Shown here piece by piece: positions 26,278-30,999 of a DNA stretch of 30,999 nt. The translations under genes were made by a program, and so were the position numbers. Under the pieces are notes generated by a model. It worked only from the letters and a program-made list of their open reading frames with translations, was not told the DNA's origin and made no database searches. Origin of the DNA: Dehalococcoidia bacterium (GTDB lineage Bacteria; Chloroflexota; Dehalococcoidia; GIF9; AB-539-J10); assembly GCA_046496625.1 (NCBI GenBank), contig JAWOGR010000105.1, positions 1 to 30,999 on the forward strand, given 5' to 3'. Every line of letters begins with the position of its first letter. Position 1 is the first letter of the stretch.

Positions 26278-27372
26278 CTAAGGTGCCGGCCGCTCAACGA
26301 GGCGTGCGGAGGTCGTCCTGGTATCATCTCCTCTGACGAAGATCACCTCCGTGTCTTCGCCGAGCCTGCTTCTGCGGATGGCTTTGACGAGGTCTCCGAC
26401 GCTGCTTATCTCGTAGCCTCCAAAGCCGATTATGATGTCGTCCTCTCTCAACCCGGCTATGTCTGCGGGGCTGTCAGGCACCAACTCCACAATGATGGCT
26501 CCCCTGTCCACAGCCAGGTCCATTGCCGCAGCCAGCGATGGGTCTACGGAGTACAACCCGACACCCAGCCAGGGATACGTAACATGGCCGTAACGGATCA
26601 GATCCGGGATAATGATCCTGGCTTCATCGCTGCTGATGGCGAAGCCCATGCCCTCCACCCCGCGGGCAACTATCTTAATGCTGGTGATGCCTATCACCTC
26701 GCCGGCCATGTTCACAAGCGGGCCGCCGCTGTTGCCGGGCACTATGGCGGGCGTGGTCTGGATCAGGCCGTAGAGGACATTGCCCTCGACATTCACCGAT
26801 ACATCCAGGCGACTGACTATCCCTTCAGTCACGCTCATTCCCTCTCCGAGGGCATTCCCGATCGCTATCACCCATTCGCCCAGATCAAGCGAGCTTGAGT
26901 CGCCCCACTGAGCGTAGGGCAGATCCCCGGCGTCCACTCTGATCACCGCGAGGTCAGACAGTGGGTCGCTGCCCACGATATCTGCCTGAAAGACCTGTCC
27001 GTCGTTGGTTTCCACGAATATGGTCTGGGCATCCTCAAGCACGTGGTTGTTTGTGACTATGTATCCTCTGTCATCGATGATTATCCCGGATCCGGCCCCG
27101 TATTCGGTCCGCTGGCCAAAGAAGCCGGATAAGACCCTTTCTGTCGTTACCGAAACCACTGAAGGCATTGCCCAGGTGATCACGGGACGGAAATCGGGCA
27201 GTGGAGTGGCGGGTTCGCTCTGTAGAGGGAAGGTCCAGTCAGGATCGGTGTGTAGATCATGGGTGTCCTGCCGGGGCGGGCTGTCTACGGGAGAAGTGGA
27301 GAGAACGCAGCTTCCTATGCTGAACGCGAGCGCTAGCGGTACCAGGACGGCAAGTATGAACCTTCTGGACAT
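26278..27372 (-). CDS. HtrA/DegP-like serine protease with PDZ domain, probable lipoprotein
   Basis: SIGS-C lipobox-like; VTNNHV, DLAVI and PGNSGGPL triad; PDZ; extended -10 TGGTATAAT at 27388-27396. Confidence 0.93.
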   Translation of the reverse strand: MSRRFILAVLVPLALAFSIGSCVLSTSPVDSPPRQDTHDLHTDPDWTFPLQSEPATPLPDFRPVITWAMPSVVSVTTERVLSGFFGQRTEYGAGSGIIIDDRGYIVTNNHVLEDAQTIFVETNDGQVFQADIVGSDPLSDLAVIRVDAGDLPYAQWGDSSSLDLGEWVIAIGNALGEGMSVTEGIVSRLDVSVNVEGNVLYGLIQTTPAIVPGNSGGPLVNMAGEVIGITSIKIVARGVEGMGFAISSDEARIIIPDLIRYGHVTYPWLGVGLYSVDPSLAAAMDLAVDRGAIIVELVPDSPADIAGLREDDIIIGFGGYEISSVGDLVKAIRRSRLGEDTEVIFVRGDDTRTTSARLVERPAP

Positions 27373-27500
27373 TTGGCCTCGCCTCAAATTATACCATCGG
27401 TTCATTGTGTTCGCGAAGCGGCTGGCAGGTCAATGGAGAGCGGCGTCATACAGTGAGTATGGGTGACTGGGCCACTGTATGATTCTGCGAAGTGGGGAGT

Positions 27501-28040
27501 CTACTGCGCCTGTCGTGAGATAAGGAACATGAGCAGGGCGGCGATGCTCTTCGCGTCACAGATCTCACCCGAGCTGATGAACTGCAGTATCTGTTCCACG
27601 GGGACCCGGACCAGCTCGATGCCTTCGGTATCTTCGGCTGTAAGCCGACTGCACACAAGGTCGGTAGCTACGAAGCAGTGGAGGTACTCAGTGCCGTAGC
27701 CGGGGATGGCGTAGAATCCGCCCAATCTGTCGATTTTGCGCGGGAGATAGCCGATCTCCTCCTGCAACTCGCGACGCACGGCGTCCAGTGGGTCCTCTCC
27801 GGGGTCGATTCCGCCGGCCGGTATCTCGAGAAGGAACCTGCCGACCGCATAGCGGAATTGGCGGACAAGAAGTACGGTATCCTCTTCGCCAATGGCCACT
27901 ACAGCCACACACTTGCTGTGCTCTACCACCTCCCTGATCGTCTCCTTGCCGCTGGAGGTCTCTACGGTGTCCACACGCATGCCTACCGCGTGCCCGCGAT
28001 AGATCCGTCGTGTGGCTGTCTTCCTCTCTGGCTTCAGCAT
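27501..28040 (-). CDS. nudF: NUDIX hydrolase, ADP-ribose pyrophosphatase-like
   Basis: LVRQFRY, LEIPAGGIDPGE..AVRRELQEEIG Nudix box, and ICDAKSI. Confidence 0.88.
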   Translation of the reverse strand: MLKPERKTATRRIYRGHAVGMRVDTVETSSGKETIREVVEHSKCVAVVAIGEEDTVLLVRQFRYAVGRFLLEIPAGGIDPGEDPLDAVRRELQEEIGYLPRKIDRLGGFYAIPGYGTEYLHCFVATDLVCSRLTAEDTEGIELVRVPVEQILQFISSGEICDAKSIAALLMFLISRQAQ

Positions 28041-28161
28041 TGGGCACCTGGATCCGAGGGTGTACTGTGAGACCGACCAGGGATCTTCGGTCGTTCAGGT
28101 TCAACCCGACTGTGCATCGCGGTGATTCGGCGCGGGTCTCGCAGGAGTTGCCGTCTCCGGT

Positions 28162-28998
28162 CTATGAACCCCTGTACGAGCTTCCGGTTGCTCCTCCTCT
28201 CAGCTTTGTACCTAGCAAGCTGTAGAAGTAGGCTGGATCATGGGCTCTGAGAAAGCGAACTGTGTGATGGCTGAGGCGTACAATGATGCTCTGTCCCGCC
28301 GATAGCGGTACCTCGACTTGCCCGTCAATGCAGAGAACGACGCTGTCTCTGTGCGCAACTCTGAGGTTGACGGTGCTATCTGGAGGCAGGACTATGGCAT
28401 GGCTCAACCCGAGATGACAGGATATTGGCTGGAGGACGATGTTCCTGGATTGAGGGTGCAGGATCGGTCCGCCGGATGCCAGCGAGTAGCTAGTGCTGCC
28501 CGTAGCTGTAGCCGCGATCATCCCATCCGCCCTGTAAGTGGCTATGGCAGTGCCGTCAACTTCTGCCTCTATGCTGACAAGACGGACAGCGATGCTGCGC
28601 AGTACCACGTCGTTCAGTGCGTGAAAGCTCTTGTCTTCAACCCGGCTCTCCACCATTGCTCGCTCCTCTATCCACCCATCGCCTTCGAGCAAGCCGGGCA
28701 GGCTCGAGAGAACCTCGTCGCCCCTGATCTCTGTGATGAACCCCAGCTTGCCTAAGTTGACCCCCAGGATGGGCACCGATGATGGAGTTATGATTCGGAC
28801 CACTCGCAGGATAGTGCCGTCTCCGCCGATGCTTAGGATTAAGTCCGTGTCCGCCAGCTGTAGTCTGGCTTTGTCTTCGTCGTTAGTTGAGCATTGCCAG
28901 GAAGAGACTCCCCGGGACGACAGATAGTCCTCGAGTTGTTGAGACAGGGTCTGGGCTTTCTCCAGCAGAGGGTGGTACAGAATGCCGATGCGCTTCAC
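28162..28998 (-). CDS. nadK: NAD(+) kinase (GTG start at 28998, or TTG at 29037)
   Basis: SIGGDGTIL, GVNLGKLGF, ALND, DGMIAATATGSTSYSLASGGPI and IDGQ. Confidence 0.95.
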   Translation of the reverse strand: MKRIGILYHPLLEKAQTLSQQLEDYLSSRGVSSWQCSTNDEDKARLQLADTDLILSIGGDGTILRVVRIITPSSVPILGVNLGKLGFITEIRGDEVLSSLPGLLEGDGWIEERAMVESRVEDKSFHALNDVVLRSIAVRLVSIEAEVDGTAIATYRADGMIAATATGSTSYSLASGGPILHPQSRNIVLQPISCHLGLSHAIVLPPDSTVNLRVAHRDSVVLCIDGQVEVPLSAGQSIIVRLSHHTVRFLRAHDPAYFYSLLGTKLRGGATGSSYRGS

Positions 28999-29272
28999 AG
29001 ACGATGGCAGTGTAGCATCGGCCCATGCCCCTGTCAAACGAACCAGTAGTCAGTGGTCTGCGACTAGATAGCATTGGTAGCGCGGTCCAGGCACCCCGCC
29101 CGTCATGTTTGCCTCGTCGGTTCGTAATCCGAGGCGACTTGCGGGGGCACTGATAACAATGACCCGACTGTCCTCACGGTCACAGATCACACTGACTTGG
29201 CCGGGTGGACTTGTTGCGGTGGTCTGCCGAGCTTGCTACAATAACCGCAGTACTGACAGAAGGGTCGCGGCC

Positions 29273-29782
29273 ATGACAGAAGCGCCGGTTCTAGTGCTTA
29301 ACCAGAGCTATGAGCCCCTCAACCTGTGTCGCACGCGCCGGGCCATAGTACTGGTCTTTCGGGGCAAGGCTGAGGTCCTGGAGAACAGTAGAGGGGATCT
29401 CCGCTCTGTCAGAGAGGTTTTCCAGATACCATCCGTTATCCGGCTGGTCTACATGGTAAGCCGTCCTCGACATGAGAGAAGAATGAGTAGGTATGAGGTG
29501 TTCAGTCGCGATCATTACACCTGCCAGTATTGCGGGCGGCAGACCAGAGAACTAACTCTGGATCACGTCATACCCCGGAGATGGGGAGGTGTGCACACTT
29601 GGGAGAACGTGGTCAGCGCCTGCATTCCCTGTAACAGACGCAAGGGCGGACGCAGCCCTGATGAGGCGAGAATGAGATTGCTGCGACAGCCTCGTTCTCC
29701 GCGTAGCGATGGCTTTCATGTCCCGTATCATCTGGTCACGAATCATGTCGAGTGGCAGAAGTATCTACCCTCCCTGAACTAG
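29273..29782 (+). CDS. Standalone HNH endonuclease (McrA-like)
   Basis: VLVLNQSYEPL N-terminus; CQYCG..TLDHVIP..GG..TWENVVSACIPCNRRKG; extended -10 TGCTACAAT at 29234-29242. Confidence 0.92.
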   Translation: MTEAPVLVLNQSYEPLNLCRTRRAIVLVFRGKAEVLENSRGDLRSVREVFQIPSVIRLVYMVSRPRHERRMSRYEVFSRDHYTCQYCGRQTRELTLDHVIPRRWGGVHTWENVVSACIPCNRRKGGRSPDEARMRLLRQPRSPRSDGFHVPYHLVTNHVEWQKYLPSLN

Positions 29783-30550
29783 CTCATCAAGAGGCATCTC
29801 AGTGACAGTCTGGTTCTCCAGGAGCACTGTCACCGTTTCCTTCAGCAGGTTAGTGCTGATCACAGTGGCCTTGCCTCGAGGCGTCAGGATTTCCTGTTTC
29901 AGTCGGGGCATCCTCTTCTTCACCGCAGCGTACTCCTTGCTCTCATACGATAGGCAACAGAGGAGCCTTCCGCAGATACCCGATATCTTCATAGGATTGA
30001 GGGCCAGGCTCTGTTCTTTAGCCATCTTGATGGACACGGATGCAAAGCCGGGGAGGAAACTCCGGCAACACAAAGAATAGCCGCATCTTCCTGCGCTGCC
30101 GAGCAGTTTGGCCTCATCCCTTGCCCCGGCTTGCCTTAGCTCAACCCGCATCTGAAGGGCGTGATTCAGTTTCCGAACAAGATCCCGGAAATCGATCCGC
30201 TCCGGGGCACTGAAGAACACCGTCAGGCGTTCGCTTTCGGGATCGTGACGCGCCAACAAGGGCTTCATGTCGAGGCCTAGTTCGGTCGCCATTTCTGCAC
30301 ACGTGCTCATAGCTTCCTCTCTGAGCTTGAGACTGGCTAGCTCCAGATCATCCGGTTCAGCAAGGCGCACTATCATCAGTAATTGCTCACCAGGCCGGGC
30401 AGAGGCCTCCAAAGTAGTCACCTTTGCTACGGCGGGTCCGTGATCGGTATCTACAACCACATAGTCGTTCACCTGCAGAGCTAGATCATGAGCATCGCAG
30501 CCGACTACTCTCCCTCTTGAGCGGAACTTCACCCCTATTGCTGCCGCCAT
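29765..30550 (-). CDS. ricT: PSP1-domain protein (RicT/YaaT)
   Basis: RIDFRDLVR, RVELRQ.GARDEAK, GRCGYSLCC, SIKMAKEQ, KISGICGRLLCCLSYE; follows holB. Confidence 0.92.
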   Translation of the reverse strand: MAAAIGVKFRSRGRVVGCDAHDLALQVNDYVVVDTDHGPAVAKVTTLEASARPGEQLLMIVRLAEPDDLELASLKLREEAMSTCAEMATELGLDMKPLLARHDPESERLTVFFSAPERIDFRDLVRKLNHALQMRVELRQAGARDEAKLLGSAGRCGYSLCCRSFLPGFASVSIKMAKEQSLALNPMKISGICGRLLCCLSYESKEYAAVKKRMPRLKQEILTPRGKATVISTNLLKETVTVLLENQTVTEMPLDELVQGG

Positions 30551-30575
30551 AAATGCCTATTATAACCTCTTCCGT

Positions 30576-30999
30576 CTATTTTAAGAACTCCGCCCGTATG
30601 TTCGCTGTACGGGTGTGTGTCCCTGGACCTCGAGGCAGATCGAGCATGAGCGATTCGAGCGCCAGGCGGGGGTTGACATTCGTCGAGGCTTCTCGCTGAA
30701 GCCTAACGAGACTCGTGAGGAATTCTCTGATGTCCGTTGGATCAAGCCGTTCTGCTTGCTCCTCCAGGACCGCCGCATGCTCGGCGTTGACAATAGCATC
30801 CCCGCCCCCGGCTTTGATAAGCATCAGGTCTCGCCACCAGTCGAGCCAGACTTCCATGATCTCTGCCCCCGTTCGGCGATCCTTGCCTAACTCGCTCGCT
30901 AGTTCTTGGGCATAAGCGAACCTCTCTGGCAGGCTGGCGGTCAGTAAGGGGAACAGCCCTGCAATCCGTTGGGAGCGCCGCTCGAGCATGTCATCACCG
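30576..30999 (-). CDS. holB: DNA polymerase III delta' subunit, C-terminal part (5' end outside window)
   Basis: WLDWWRDLMLIK and NVNPRLALESLMLDLP; frame is open to the window edge; holB-ricT adjacency. Confidence 0.85.
   Translation of the reverse strand, partial: GDDMLERRSQRIAGLFPLLTASLPERFAYAQELASELGKDRRTGAEIMEVWLDWWRDLMLIKAGGGDAIVNAEHAAVLEEQAERLDPTDIREFLTSLVRLQREASTNVNPRLALESLMLDLPRGPGTHTRTANIRAEFLK

Noticed and set aside
29060-29150. tRNA gene suggested by TTGGTAGCGCG and GGTTCGTAATCC
   Set aside because: Spacing and stems do not give a cloverleaf, and there is no acceptor stem or CCA.
1-30999. Genome-wide TAG reassignment suggested by the aroB amber codon
   Set aside because: TAG ends rpmH, ssb, yidD, jag, rsfS and others at their expected C-termini.

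Overview
Housekeeping-rich bacterial chromosome segment. Gene order and protein features suggest Chloroflexota/Dehalococcoidia (inference). Order: aroB (partial, with an in-frame TAG and a repeat insertion), hotdog thioesterase, aspS-tig-clpP, 55-aa membrane ORF; minus strand mgtE, Xaa-Pro peptidase, efp, PHP; OmpR/BaeS-type two-component pair plus a 29-aa membrane ORF; ftsH; rsfS; minus strand thiL-tsaE-tsaB-(hotdog-HAD fusion)-ndk; rpsF-ssb-rpsR-rpmH-rnpA-yidD-(PQQ-repeat lipoprotein)-yidC-jag-ileS; htrA, nudF, nadK; HNH nuclease; ricT and holB (partial). No rRNA, tRNA, CRISPR array or transposase was seen. The strongest unexplained signal is upstream of mgtE: a consensus sigma70 promoter, a 27-aa leader ORF (SPDP...RWWWGLP), an intrinsic terminator, and a competing antiterminator sequence inside the WWWG codons. 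This looks like a ribosome-dependent attenuator. It lies near an EF-P with a non-canonical Gln-tipped loop, a divergent two-component system and a tiny hydrophobic ORF facing ftsH. Other notable signals are 7-nt-period intergenic repeat arrays, a palindromic-repeat insertion in aroB, a relic duplicate of the mgtE 3' end, a BamB-like propeller inside the yidC operon and a GXHH-motif IleRS2.
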